A stretch of DNA of 64,000 bases from the NCBI GenBank assembly GCA_050258815.1, contig JBLMZM010000176.1:14533-78532 (forward strand), given 5' to 3'. The notes below the pieces were generated by a model. It was not told the DNA's origin and did not search any database. It saw only the letters and a list, made by a program, of their open reading frames with translations. Each line of letters begins with the position of its first letter. Positions within the stretch are counted from its first letter, which is position 1. Both the position numbers and the translations under genes were made by a program. The stretch is from Ignavibacteriales bacterium. Its GTDB lineage: Bacteria; Bacteroidota; Ignavibacteria; Ignavibacteriales; SURF-24. This document shows, one piece after another, positions 19,295 through 28,804 of the stretch.

Positions 19295-21723
19295 ATTAGC
19301 GATATTGGTATTGAAAAATGAAAAGTTGTCCCCTTATTTTCCTGGCTTTCAAAGGTGATCTTTCCCCCGTGCAGTTCAACAGATCTTTTGACAATTGTCA
19401 GTCCGAGTCCCGTTCCCTGAGTGCCACCTGTATTTTCTCCCCTGTGGAAATACTCAAACATGTGTTTCTGATCGTTCTCAGGAATTCCGATGCCGTTATC
19501 TTTTATTTTGAAAGTAACTTCCGCATTATTGAATAAAACCGACAATATTACCTTACTATCCGCAGGCGAATATTTCAGGGCATTTGAGAGCAGGTTCGTT
19601 AGGATTAATCTAAGAAGCTTTTTGTCTAAAAAAAAGTTAGAAAGTTCAGTCTCATAATTAAATTCTATTTTCCGGCCGTTGAAGTTCATCTCCAATTCGT
19701 TAAGTGCGTCCAGACAGAACTGGTAAAGATTCATATCCCCGGGGTTAAATTCGAGTCTGCCTGTATCAACCCTGCTGATTGTAAGAACGTCATCCACGAG
19801 CTCTGTCATATAATTCACTGTCTTTTGGATCTTTTCCAGGTAGCTTTTGTGCTTGGATTGATCCAGTACCTGATCGTAATTGTAGAGCAGGTCAGAGTAT
19901 AGCTTAATTGAAGTAAGCGGTGTTCTGAACTCATGGGAAGCCATCGACACAAACCTTGAACGGAGTTCATTTAGTTCCTTTTCATGAATCAGGGCCTCTT
20001 CCACCTTCCTCTGCAGGTTTCTTTGATTGGTAATATCCGTCATAACCCCAACAATACCGCCGGCCGTACCATCATTTTTAAGCACTACGGCCTTGTGTAT
20101 AAGCACGCTTCTTTTCCTGTTATGGCTGTCAAATATCTCCACTTCCTCTTTATGTTCGCCTAAACTCCGGAGGACCTCATTGTCACTATTGTCAATCCTG
20201 TGTGCGTAATCGGGCGATGTCACCTCAAAGACAGTACTCCCTACTGCCTCCTCATTTGTAAATCCATATAGTTCCAGGAGGGCTCTATTGCAGTACAGAT
20301 ACCTTTTCTCGGCAGATTTAATGTAAATAGGGTTTGGCACCGTCTCTATCAGTGTTTTTAAGAAAGTCAGCTGGTTCTGAGTTTCCTGCTTGGCCATTTC
20401 ATGATTACGGACCTCTTTCTTCAGCTTATCGTTTAATTTTTTCAGCTTTTCGGTCCTGATGGTCACCAGGTTTTCCAGGTGGTTTTTATAACTGTTAAGT
20501 TCTTCTTCGGCCTCTTTCCTTTCGGTTATATCAACAGCAATAACCTGAACGGCGGGTTTTCCCTTATAGATAAACGGGACAGCCGAAACTTCAACATCCA
20601 CCACGGAGCCATCCAGACGAACGTATCTATCCTCCAGCGTTTCTGCTGCTTTATTCTGAGCGATCAGAGTATTTATTCTTTCCATAACAACAGGCCGAGA
20701 ATCCGGGTGTACAAGATCAAGGGCCCTTTTGCCGATGAGCTGACCCATATTTTTGGCCCGGAACAGTTTAAGTCCTGCCTGATTTATAAATACTATTTTG
20801 CCGCCACTCTGAATAAATACCGTATTGGTTGAAAGTTCAACCAGCCTGCGGTACTGCTCTTCGCTCTCCCTCAGTTTCTCTTCAATCTGTTTTCTTTCCG
20901 TTATATCCCTTACTATTCCCAGGAATCTGTTGTCTGAAAGCATCTTGGAACTGATCTCAACGTTGACCAGGGTGCCGTCTTTTCTTATTGCCCGGCGCTG
21001 TTTAACCACCTCCATGCCCTTTTTTAATGCATCGTAGGCAAGCGGGTCTTTTTCAATATCTTCTGCGTGAATAAGTGCAGCAACATTCAGCTTTTTCAGC
21101 TCTTCCTTTGTATACTGAAGCATCCGGCAGCCATTTTTGTTGGCATCCAGGAGCTTGCCCTGCAAATCAGTAATGAATATTCCTTCGGAAGCCTGTTCAA
21201 ATAATATCCGGAATCTCTCGTTGCTGTGATATAATTCCATTTCACGCTCTTTTCGCCTGGAGATGTCCTTAATAAAGAACATCTTGTACTCAGGATTTCC
21301 GGCAGCATCTTTAATTACAGCCACCCCAACGCTTATCCATATTTTTTTCCCGTCTTTCCTGAAAAATTCTGTTTCCAGGCCGTTATGAATTGTTTCTCCC
21401 CTGAGTAATGCGTCAATAATTTCACTGTCCGCTCCTGAGGTTCCACGCCTGATAACCACATCAAAAGCCTCCCTTGACAAATCGTCCTGCGTGTAACCGG
21501 TGGTTGCACAAAAACTCTGGTTGATCATCTGCCACGTACCATCAATGCAGATGTAGGCTATTCCTACAGTTGCATTTTCAAGACCAATCCTGTGGCGTTT
21601 TTCACTTTCTTTAAGTGCATTTTTTAGAATGCCGCAATCGGACTCATATTTTTCCAGTTCGGCGATTCTTTTTTGCAGTACCCTAATGGTTTCTTCGAGC
21701 TGAGCATTAGTTTGTTTTTTCAT
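19291..21723 (-). CDS. cytoplasmic multi-PAS sensor histidine kinase
   Basis: 810 aa with no obvious TM segment. An N-terminal coiled coil is followed by about four PAS units (for example ITERKQIEEKLRESEEQYRRLVE linkers). The HisKA H-box is SMASHEFRTPL. The HATPase_c N-box is LLSNALKYSP and the G-boxes are DNGIGIP and GTGLGLTIVK. Confidence 0.9.
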   Translation of the reverse strand: MKKQTNAQLEETIRVLQKRIAELEKYESDCGILKNALKESEKRHRIGLENATVGIAYICIDGTWQMINQSFCATTGYTQDDLSREAFDVVIRRGTSGADSEIIDALLRGETIHNGLETEFFRKDGKKIWISVGVAVIKDAAGNPEYKMFFIKDISRRKEREMELYHSNERFRILFEQASEGIFITDLQGKLLDANKNGCRMLQYTKEELKKLNVAALIHAEDIEKDPLAYDALKKGMEVVKQRRAIRKDGTLVNVEISSKMLSDNRFLGIVRDITERKQIEEKLRESEEQYRRLVELSTNTVFIQSGGKIVFINQAGLKLFRAKNMGQLIGKRALDLVHPDSRPVVMERINTLIAQNKAAETLEDRYVRLDGSVVDVEVSAVPFIYKGKPAVQVIAVDITERKEAEEELNSYKNHLENLVTIRTEKLKKLNDKLKKEVRNHEMAKQETQNQLTFLKTLIETVPNPIYIKSAEKRYLYCNRALLELYGFTNEEAVGSTVFEVTSPDYAHRIDNSDNEVLRSLGEHKEEVEIFDSHNRKRSVLIHKAVVLKNDGTAGGIVGVMTDITNQRNLQRKVEEALIHEKELNELRSRFVSMASHEFRTPLTSIKLYSDLLYNYDQVLDQSKHKSYLEKIQKTVNYMTELVDDVLTISRVDTGRLEFNPGDMNLYQFCLDALNELEMNFNGRKIEFNYETELSNFFLDKKLLRLILTNLLSNALKYSPADSKVILSVLFNNAEVTFKIKDNGIGIPENDQKHMFEYFHRGENTGGTQGTGLGLTIVKRSVELHGGKITFESQENKGTTFHFSIPISLI

Positions 21724-22077
21724 TCAGGCATAATTTATTATTGACGAATTAATTATCGGTCCCGACACAAATATATTTAGCATAACCCTGAATTTTTGCA
21801 TTAATATTCCCGGGTATTGCCGGACGGCCTCATTATAATACATCCATTTTCCCAAATAGTACTATTCCATACAGGATTATTTGTCAAAAGCTGTTGTCCT
21901 GATCATGCGGGCACATTTATCCTAATAACAATTAATGGGCTGAGCTTAATTAGCTGGTTCAGTTGAACAGAATGGAAGGAGGCATACTTATTATGCGCAA
22001 GGTATTATCTCATTCAGGGAATCAGGCCGGTCGTGAGTATCAGTGCATTTAACACCATAACCGGCCCTGATAACTGA

Positions 22078-23271
22078 TCACTCCCACAGCAGAGCCAGAC
22101 CGCCTTCGGAGGTTTCCTTATATATATGCGGCAGATCGTGTCCTGTCTGGTTCATGGTCTTTACTATCTTATCAAATGAAACAAAATGCCGCCCGTCGGA
22201 AAGCAGTGCAAATGTCGCGGTGTTAAATGCACGTTCTGCTGCAAATGCGTTGCGCTCGATGCACGGTATCTGAACGAGTCCGCATATAGGGTCGCAGGTC
22301 AGCCCCAGGTGGTGCTCAATACCCATCTCAGCGGCGTATTCTATCTGGTGCGGTGTTCCGCCCAATAGCTGCGTGGCTGCAGCTGAGGCCATTGCACAGG
22401 CGGTCCCTATTTCACCCTGGCAGCCGACCCTTGCTCCTGCAATTGAAGCATTGGTTTTAACGATATTGCCTACCAGACCCGCTGTAGCCAGTGCCCGCAG
22501 AATTTTCTGATCCGAGAAGTCGAAGCTTTCCTTTAACCTTTTTAATACGGCCGGCACAACACCGCATGAACCGCACGTTGGGGCGGTTACAATTTTCCCG
22601 CCCGCAGCATTTTCTTCTGCCGAGGCAAGGGCATACGAGAAAACTAGCGTTTTTTCCTTGAGCGATCCGGTATAGTTTTTGGCCTTAACGTAAAATGATG
22701 AGGCCTTTCTCCTCAGCTTCAGTTCGCCGGGCAGTACACCTTCGGATTCAATACCCCTTTTAATGGATTCGTTCATTACCTGCCAGACCTGAGCCAGGTG
22801 ATCATATATTTCCGGCCCCTCGACTTCCTCAACATACTCCCACATCGAACTGCCGTTCTTCTTAGTCCAGTCCAGTATTTCATTCATAGTGCCCAGATTA
22901 TATACTGAGGCCAATTCCTCATTATGGCTGTCATCAATAATCTTTCCGCCGCCAACGCTGTACACGGTCCATTCATTCATCAGATTTCCGTACTCATCCA
23001 GCGCTTCCAGCCTTAATGCATTGGGATGTTTAGGCAGGGATTCTTCTGGTTTCCAGATTATTTCCGTCGCCAGTGGCCTCAGGCTTTCAGTTATGGCTAT
23101 GTCAGTAAGATGCCCCCTGCCCGTTGCAGCCAGACTGCCGTAGAGGGTTGCCCTGTAGCTTGCGGCACCGGGATTATTATTTTTAAATACTTCGGCTGCG
23201 GTCCTGGGACCCATGGTATGACTGCTCGAAGGTCCATAACCTATTCTAAATATTTCTTTTAATGATTCCAT
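22078..23271 (-). CDS. sdaA: L-serine ammonia-lyase (iron-sulfur-dependent L-serine dehydratase, single chain)
   Basis: The N-terminus is FRIGYGPSSSHTMGP. The alpha-domain motifs are TAPTCGSCGVVPAVL and GLTCDPICGLVQIPCIERNA, which are the cluster-ligand region. Confidence 0.85.
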   Translation of the reverse strand: MESLKEIFRIGYGPSSSHTMGPRTAAEVFKNNNPGAASYRATLYGSLAATGRGHLTDIAITESLRPLATEIIWKPEESLPKHPNALRLEALDEYGNLMNEWTVYSVGGGKIIDDSHNEELASVYNLGTMNEILDWTKKNGSSMWEYVEEVEGPEIYDHLAQVWQVMNESIKRGIESEGVLPGELKLRRKASSFYVKAKNYTGSLKEKTLVFSYALASAEENAAGGKIVTAPTCGSCGVVPAVLKRLKESFDFSDQKILRALATAGLVGNIVKTNASIAGARVGCQGEIGTACAMASAAATQLLGGTPHQIEYAAEMGIEHHLGLTCDPICGLVQIPCIERNAFAAERAFNTATFALLSDGRHFVSFDKIVKTMNQTGHDLPHIYKETSEGGLALLWE

Positions 23272-23498
23272 TGCTTCCTAACCTGTAACAGAGTAAAAAT
23301 TCTTAAGCGGGCATTCCGATCCCACAAATATTCTTTCTGAAATTTCCTTTTAATTAAATCCATATTCCTCATCAGCGGGCTTGAACCTGGGAAACAGAGG
23401 CTGGCCGGTCTGAAAGAATTCCGGTTACAAAAATAAGAAAATCCGGCAGAACTTATGGGCAAAATTACATGCCCTGGAAAGAAAGTCCAACGTCTTTT

Positions 23499-23526
23499 GC
23501 CCGGCGTCTTTTGCTGGACGCCGGGC
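23499..23526 (-). terminator. GC-rich hairpin downstream of the endonuclease gene
   Basis: GCCCGGCGTC-N8-GACGCCGGGC is a perfect 10-bp stem, 20 nt after the stop at 23546. No clear U-tract follows. Confidence 0.5.
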
Positions 23527-23545
23527 ATAGGAAGATTAGGCTCTA

Positions 23546-25810
23546 TTATTTCAGAAGTGTCAGCTTTTTCGATACCGAGTATGCGCCTGAGGTAAGCTTG
23601 TATAAATAGATCCCGCTGGCGAGATCCTTTCCGTCAAATTTCACCTGGTACCTGCCTGGTCCTTTTACCCCCTCGGCAAGTGTTGCCACCTCCATGCCTA
23701 TCAGGTTGTAAACCTTTAAGCTCATATAGCCATATGCGGGTAATGTATAATTTATGGTTGCCCCCGGGTTGCAGGGATTTGGATAGTTCTGGCTGAGCGT
23801 GATTCCGCCGGGGATAAAGTCATGATCCGTATACTCAACAACGTCTGTTACATTGCTCGTCCAATTGACGTCATCAATTGTAACCTGCCCCGAAGTTGCA
23901 TCTATCTGCTGGAAGCGGATGGTAAATGGACCGGTAACATTGACACTGATGGGGGCAAAGTCCTTTATAACATTAGCTTCACCCGTTGAGGTTGCAGTTG
24001 CAACCAGCTTATCATTTATATAAACACCGAGTTTTACGTTGGTGCTGAACGACTGCATATACTTAAAACTGAGCATGCCGCATCCGCCCTGAATTATACC
24101 CGAGGTAACGCTGGCAGCTGCATCTTTCTTTAACACGGGTGAGGGTGCCTTGATCTGCACGCCCGGGTTTCCCGAGCATAAATTGTACTTCCAGACAGAG
24201 CCATCCTGCCCTGAAAAACTTCCGTTTAAGTAGGATGTGCCGGTTTCCGGAAATTTTGCAAAGGTTTCAGTCCCGCCATTTGAAATAATGTCGTTATCCA
24301 GGACTTTAAGCGTAAATGTATTTTGCGCCCCAATTTGTACAGAAGTGCCGCCGGTTGCGTTTTTAAGGCTGAATGTCAGGTTCTGCGGCCCCTCTGTTGT
24401 TGTATTTTCAGGTATCTGCAGCGTAACGTATTGAGTCACAGAACTGCCAGCAGGAAATGTAACGGTCTGTTCATTAAAACCATTTACATATCTGCTGTCA
24501 CCCGCAACAAGTACTACCTGCAATGTTGTTGGCGTTACCGGACTCGATCCTGAGATTGCAATTGGCAGATTAAAGCTCTGCCCCTCGTTTACCGTGGCAG
24601 TAGATGCTGAGAAATAAACTGTGGTTTGTGCCAGACCGCTCGTGCGGGTCTTTATTGCAGGTACCGTTCCGCTGGTTTTATAGTTAATTTCACTGCCGGA
24701 ACCGTTATAGGCATAAACCGTAAAGTAATAATCAGAAGCGGTCTTAAGATTAGTAAACGTACAGGAGTCTGCTCCTGAATAAGGCACGTTTATTATTTCC
24801 CTGCCGTCTGAGAAATCCTTGTCGTCATTATACCGGGTTCCGTCAACGGGTATGAAATAATTATCTTTATTATATGCAAGGATCAGATAGCCAGAGGGAG
24901 CCTGTGCACCAGCAGCGGCATCGGTCCATTTCACCGTAATTGAATTGTCAGTCACACCGGCAGTAAGATTTGTTAACTGATTCGTGGGCTCAGTAACAAA
25001 GACAGGTGACAAAAGTGTAAGATCATTAAAATTAATGTAGTTTACGTATTCCGGATGATCAACAAATGGATTTCTGTTCTGCTGAATTGTTTGTATATAA
25101 TTGTTCCTTTCTATTTCCCACTTATCCGGCGGATCCAGCCTGTTCCATTCCAGCAGCGTATTCAGGTCCTCCGGAGCCTCGCCAATAGCAGGAAGTCTTG
25201 TGTTATTCAGCCAGTTAAAATTCCACGTGCCATTGACCCCGTCATACTTTATGCACATGTATAACAAGGCCCTGGCAGCATCCCCCTTGTGGGAATCTCT
25301 CGGTTCATAAACCGTTTTGCCGTCGGCATTGGTACCGAACTTCCCTTCCTTAAAGACATAGGTTGCACTACTTACTACTCCAAGAGGATGATTGCTTCTG
25401 TATCCGTTTGCACTGTTCTGATTTGTAGGGAAAAGATGGTGCTGGTCTGAATACTCATCGCCATCTTTCGAATCATATGTCGGCATCCAGCTGTGGCACC
25501 AGGTATGTTCGCGGCTGAAGTAGCTCCACGCAAAAGGCGGGGTGTAAACATAATTTTCACCGCTGTATACGCAGGTTATAACCCTCCGGCCTTCTGTCGT
25601 ATCCCGGGAAGCATATTTTGCCACCATCGTCTCATCATACTGATCGTAGCTGATTTTCGTATATGGGGCGCGAATGCGGGTTTTAAGCTGATTTATAAAA
25701 TCGGGACTGGAGGTATTGATATTGTCGTAATATGTTCCGGCCTGGGGCAGTATTGTGCCGGAAAAAAGAATGAACAGACATAATAATTGAGCCCAAAATG
25801 TTTTTTTCAA
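23546..25810 (-). CDS. secreted endonuclease I family nuclease with FN3, Calx-beta-like and T9SS C-terminal sorting domains
   Basis: 754 aa with a signal peptide. Endonuclease_1 motifs are REHTWCHSWMP, DQHHLFPTNQNSANGYRSNHPLG, KGDAARALLYM and NRNPFVDHPEYV. An FN3-like unit carries ITVKWTDAAAGAQAPSGYLI. A Calx-beta-like unit runs TVYFSASTATVNEGQSF...TLKVLDND. The Por_Secre_tail is LSQNYPNPCNPGATINYTLP...GIYLYKLTSGAYSVSKKLTLLK. Confidence 0.85.
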   Translation of the reverse strand: MKKTFWAQLLCLFILFSGTILPQAGTYYDNINTSSPDFINQLKTRIRAPYTKISYDQYDETMVAKYASRDTTEGRRVITCVYSGENYVYTPPFAWSYFSREHTWCHSWMPTYDSKDGDEYSDQHHLFPTNQNSANGYRSNHPLGVVSSATYVFKEGKFGTNADGKTVYEPRDSHKGDAARALLYMCIKYDGVNGTWNFNWLNNTRLPAIGEAPEDLNTLLEWNRLDPPDKWEIERNNYIQTIQQNRNPFVDHPEYVNYINFNDLTLLSPVFVTEPTNQLTNLTAGVTDNSITVKWTDAAAGAQAPSGYLILAYNKDNYFIPVDGTRYNDDKDFSDGREIINVPYSGADSCTFTNLKTASDYYFTVYAYNGSGSEINYKTSGTVPAIKTRTSGLAQTTVYFSASTATVNEGQSFNLPIAISGSSPVTPTTLQVVLVAGDSRYVNGFNEQTVTFPAGSSVTQYVTLQIPENTTTEGPQNLTFSLKNATGGTSVQIGAQNTFTLKVLDNDIISNGGTETFAKFPETGTSYLNGSFSGQDGSVWKYNLCSGNPGVQIKAPSPVLKKDAAASVTSGIIQGGCGMLSFKYMQSFSTNVKLGVYINDKLVATATSTGEANVIKDFAPISVNVTGPFTIRFQQIDATSGQVTIDDVNWTSNVTDVVEYTDHDFIPGGITLSQNYPNPCNPGATINYTLPAYGYMSLKVYNLIGMEVATLAEGVKGPGRYQVKFDGKDLASGIYLYKLTSGAYSVSKKLTLLK

Positions 25811-26075
25811 TTTTTAAATCCTTATAAATTCATTTATCAAAGATCTGGCCTGGAGGTTAGCAGTCGCACTGGAAAGTTTCCCGAGGACTCAATACCAGGA
25901 AAAACCGTGGAGCAACTTACAATATTAATCAGGCAGCGTCAAGTTCCTGCTCCGGAATTCTGGTTGGAGTCCAGGGGAAATTAATAGATTGAATTAGTGT
26001 CATATAAGAATAATTTAGACAATACCCGGGTAAGTAACGGTTAGAAATGTTTATATTTAATCAAGCGAGGTGAAT

Positions 26076-26474
26076 ATGGGACTGATGGATAATTTAAAAG
26101 ACACGGCAGGCAGCCTGCTGGGCGGTCAGAATTCCGGTATTGTAAATGCCGTACTGCAGATGTTTACGCACAATGAACACGGAGGATTGGGAGGACTCAT
26201 CCAGTCTTTTCAGAGCAAGGGAATGGGAGATATTGTTTCCTCATGGATAAGTAAAGGTGAGAACAAACCCATTTCAAAAGAGCAGTTAAAAGAGGGACTA
26301 GGTGAAAACCGCATACAGGATATAGCAACCAAATCAGGCCAGGCTCCCGATACGGTAGTCTCAAAACTAACTGAAGTATTGCCAGATGTAGTCAATAAAC
26401 TGACTCCTGATGGAGATATCCCACAGGACAACGTGCTTCAGCAGGGCATTAGTTTCCTTAAAAGTAAACTTTAA
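26076..26474 (+). CDS. yidB: YidB-family protein (DUF937)
   Basis: The sequence MGLMDNL...GGLGGLIQSFQSKGMGDIVSSWISKGENKPISKEQLKEGLG...LTEVLPDVVNKLTPDG follows the E. coli YidB pattern. GAGG lies about 5 nt upstream of the ATG at 26076. The track start at 26070 is GTG. Confidence 0.8.
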   Translation: MGLMDNLKDTAGSLLGGQNSGIVNAVLQMFTHNEHGGLGGLIQSFQSKGMGDIVSSWISKGENKPISKEQLKEGLGENRIQDIATKSGQAPDTVVSKLTEVLPDVVNKLTPDGDIPQDNVLQQGISFLKSKL

Positions 26475-26476
26475 AT

Positions 26477-26536
26477 GCTGCCCCCCGGGTCTGAAATCCA
26501 TGCGTGGACTACAGACACGGGGGCAGCCCGGTTTTA
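26477..26536 (+). terminator. intrinsic terminator after yidB
   Basis: Stem GCTGCCCCC (26477-26485) pairs with GGGGGCAGC (26519-26527). It is extended by CGGGTCTG/CAGACACG and followed by CCGGTTTTATT. Confidence 0.7.
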
Positions 26537-26740
26537 TTGAAATATTTTTATTATTGATTCAAAAATATTTGACTGAACTGCCATATTATCATTTTTTTTC
26601 GTACTTTAACCCAGTAATTAAAATATTTTGAACAGGTTTTTGTTTCGCTTAATTTTTCTAAGATGAACTTTATCTGCCGGTATTTAAGTTGAATACGCTT
26701 ACCTGATCTTTCCTCTCATTATTTTTTCGTTTTACGATTT

Positions 26741-28552
26741 ATGAATTATTCTACAGAGCATAAATTTCACATCCCTGTACTGGGTGTGGGTTTTTCTATT
26801 GATACACCGGTTAAGGTGGCAAAATACGGAATTTCATCGGTTATTTCCCTGGTGGATGATACACTGATGGAGAAACTCAGAAAACATTATCTGGACAAAC
26901 TCAACGAACCCTATATTCCTATTATGAGCAATGATGATGATTCAAGGGCCTGCAGGATTACCGCGTACCTGAATCTTATACACAGAATAGTACGTGAGCA
27001 GTTTGAATCATTGAAAGCTTCCGCCTTTACGGCAGGCAGTGAAATCAGTAAATACTTCGAGATGCTGCCCGACTTCTCGCAGCTGAAGATCCGCTATCAT
27101 GAAATGCTGGCCTCAAAAGACGAAAAGCTCAGGAGCAAACTTGAGGCCTGGCTCAGACAGAACATCAGACGCGGGTCAATTGACGTCAATATAATGACTA
27201 AGGTGGACAACGCTAATTATGATAAAAACGGCAACAAAATGACGCCGGAATACAACGATGCCCATGCCTCCTTAAGGGGCTTTGCGCAAAGTGATCTGGA
27301 AGGTTCAATCATCTTTTCAGCCGGAATGAACCCCAAATTGTTCAGCTACCTGGAAAGCTTCGCGGATTTTTACCCCGCTAATTATAATAAACCTAAAAAG
27401 AAAATTGTAATTAAGGTGAGCGATTTCCGCTCTGCCGATATACAGGGCAGATACCTGGCTAAAAAGGGACTCTGGGTTTCGGAATACCGCATTGAATCTG
27501 GACTTAACTGCGGGGGGCATGCTTTTGCCTCAGACGGACAGCTCCTGGGACCCATACTCGAAGAATTCAGGCAAAAGAAGGACCAGCTCTTGGCCTCACT
27601 GCGCGAATTGTATCTTAAGGCCATCAATAATAAAAATATTTCTTTCGATCCTGAAAACCTGGAATTTCACGTGACCGTCCAGGGCGGCGTGGGTAAATCC
27701 ACAGAACAGGAATTCCTGCTCCGCCATTACAACGTTAAATCGGTAGGCTGGGGAAGCCCTTTTCTTCTGGTGCCTGAAGTGATGAATGTGGATGATGATA
27801 CACTGCAGAGACTTAGTGCTGCGGGTGAGGACGACCTTTATTTAAGCGGAGTTTCCCCTCTTGGAGTCGCCTTTAACAACCTGCGAGGAAATGAAAAGGA
27901 CACTGAAAAAATGCTCCGGGTGGAAAATGATAAACCAGGCAGCCCATGCCCTAAAAAATTCCTGCAGTCAAGCACTGAATTTTCAGATAAACCTCTCTGC
28001 ACAGCCTCAATTACCTTTATCAACAAAAAGGTTAAGCAGCTGAAAGAAAAATTCACCGAAACAGAAGACTTCCAAAAAGAATTTGACAGGACGGTTGAGA
28101 AGGTTTGTTTATGTGAAGGGCTTGCAGCCTCGGCTCTGATTGTAAATAACATTGAAACCCCCAGGCAAAGCCGGGCAGTCTCGGTATGCCCGGGTCCTAA
28201 CCTGGCATACTTTTCAAAAATTACCGGGCTCAGAGAGATGGTAGATCATATCTACGGGAAGATTGACCTCATAACAGATCCTTCCAGACCCAATATGTTT
28301 ATCAAGGAATTATCCCTTTACGTGGATTATTTCTTCAGGAAAGCAGATGAGAGCATGAAACCCTTGTCGGCTCAGGCCGAATCGGTTCTTGCATCATTTA
28401 AGGCCAATCTGCTTGAAGGCATTAACTATTACAAGAAAATAATTCCCGAGATAGCCGAAGAGACAGAAAAGGTTAAACAGAAGATGACCGAACAGCTAAA
28501 TTTATTTGAAGCTAAATTAATGTCCTTCTCCGCAATAACTGTTAAGAGTTAG
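26741..28552 (+). CDS. conserved-looking hypothetical protein, possible FMN-dependent TIM-barrel-like enzyme (family not recognised)
   Basis: This is a clean 603-aa ORF with its own upstream AT-rich region and downstream hairpin. Motifs HIPVLGVGFSIDTP, IESGLNCGGHAFAS and VQGGVGKSTEQEFLL...VGWGSPFLLVPE resemble the NMO/glutamate-synthase-domain-2 patterns (EAGGH / DGGTGAS and GG..G....G.G..F). A later region has several Cys residues (SPCPKKF, PLCTAS, VCLCEG, VCPGPN). Confidence 0.45.
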   Translation: MNYSTEHKFHIPVLGVGFSIDTPVKVAKYGISSVISLVDDTLMEKLRKHYLDKLNEPYIPIMSNDDDSRACRITAYLNLIHRIVREQFESLKASAFTAGSEISKYFEMLPDFSQLKIRYHEMLASKDEKLRSKLEAWLRQNIRRGSIDVNIMTKVDNANYDKNGNKMTPEYNDAHASLRGFAQSDLEGSIIFSAGMNPKLFSYLESFADFYPANYNKPKKKIVIKVSDFRSADIQGRYLAKKGLWVSEYRIESGLNCGGHAFASDGQLLGPILEEFRQKKDQLLASLRELYLKAINNKNISFDPENLEFHVTVQGGVGKSTEQEFLLRHYNVKSVGWGSPFLLVPEVMNVDDDTLQRLSAAGEDDLYLSGVSPLGVAFNNLRGNEKDTEKMLRVENDKPGSPCPKKFLQSSTEFSDKPLCTASITFINKKVKQLKEKFTETEDFQKEFDRTVEKVCLCEGLAASALIVNNIETPRQSRAVSVCPGPNLAYFSKITGLREMVDHIYGKIDLITDPSRPNMFIKELSLYVDYFFRKADESMKPLSAQAESVLASFKANLLEGINYYKKIIPEIAEETEKVKQKMTEQLNLFEAKLMSFSAITVKS

Positions 28553-28633
28553 TAAGATTGCTGCCTATGTAACGCAATAATCCTGGAGAAGATAATATCT
28601 TCGTTAACTCAGCCATTACAATACTGCCAGAAA

Positions 28634-28676
28634 ATTTAAGTGCCGGGATCAGCATCTCTGAACCCGGCACTTAAAT
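28634..28676 (+). terminator. hairpin downstream of the 603-aa ORF
   Basis: ATTTAAGTGCCGGG-N15-CCCGGCACTTAAAT is a perfect 14-bp stem, 82 nt after the stop. The U-tract is weak. Confidence 0.5.
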
Positions 28677-28804
28677 AATCTTAAAATCACATTCGTCATT
28701 TCAAAAACATCATTCTGATGGATTTATCAAAAGTACTACGTTCTGTGTTTTGTCTGACTTTTTCACTATATTTTTACAAGATTAAAATTTTCATGGGGGT
28801 TACT

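Noticed and set aside
21993-22052. 19-aa ORF (MRKVLSHSGNQAGREYQCI) preceded by GGAAGGAGG in the sdaA-kinase spacer
   Set aside because: It is very short, the SD spacing is about 10 nt, it runs convergent into the sdaA 3' end and it overlaps a possible stem-loop. I cannot support it without conservation or expression data.
23259-23528. 89-aa ORF in the spacer between the endonuclease gene and sdaA
   Set aside because: It overlaps the sdaA start and the GC-rich terminator hairpin, has no Shine-Dalgarno sequence and has a basic low-complexity composition. It is more likely promoter/terminator DNA.
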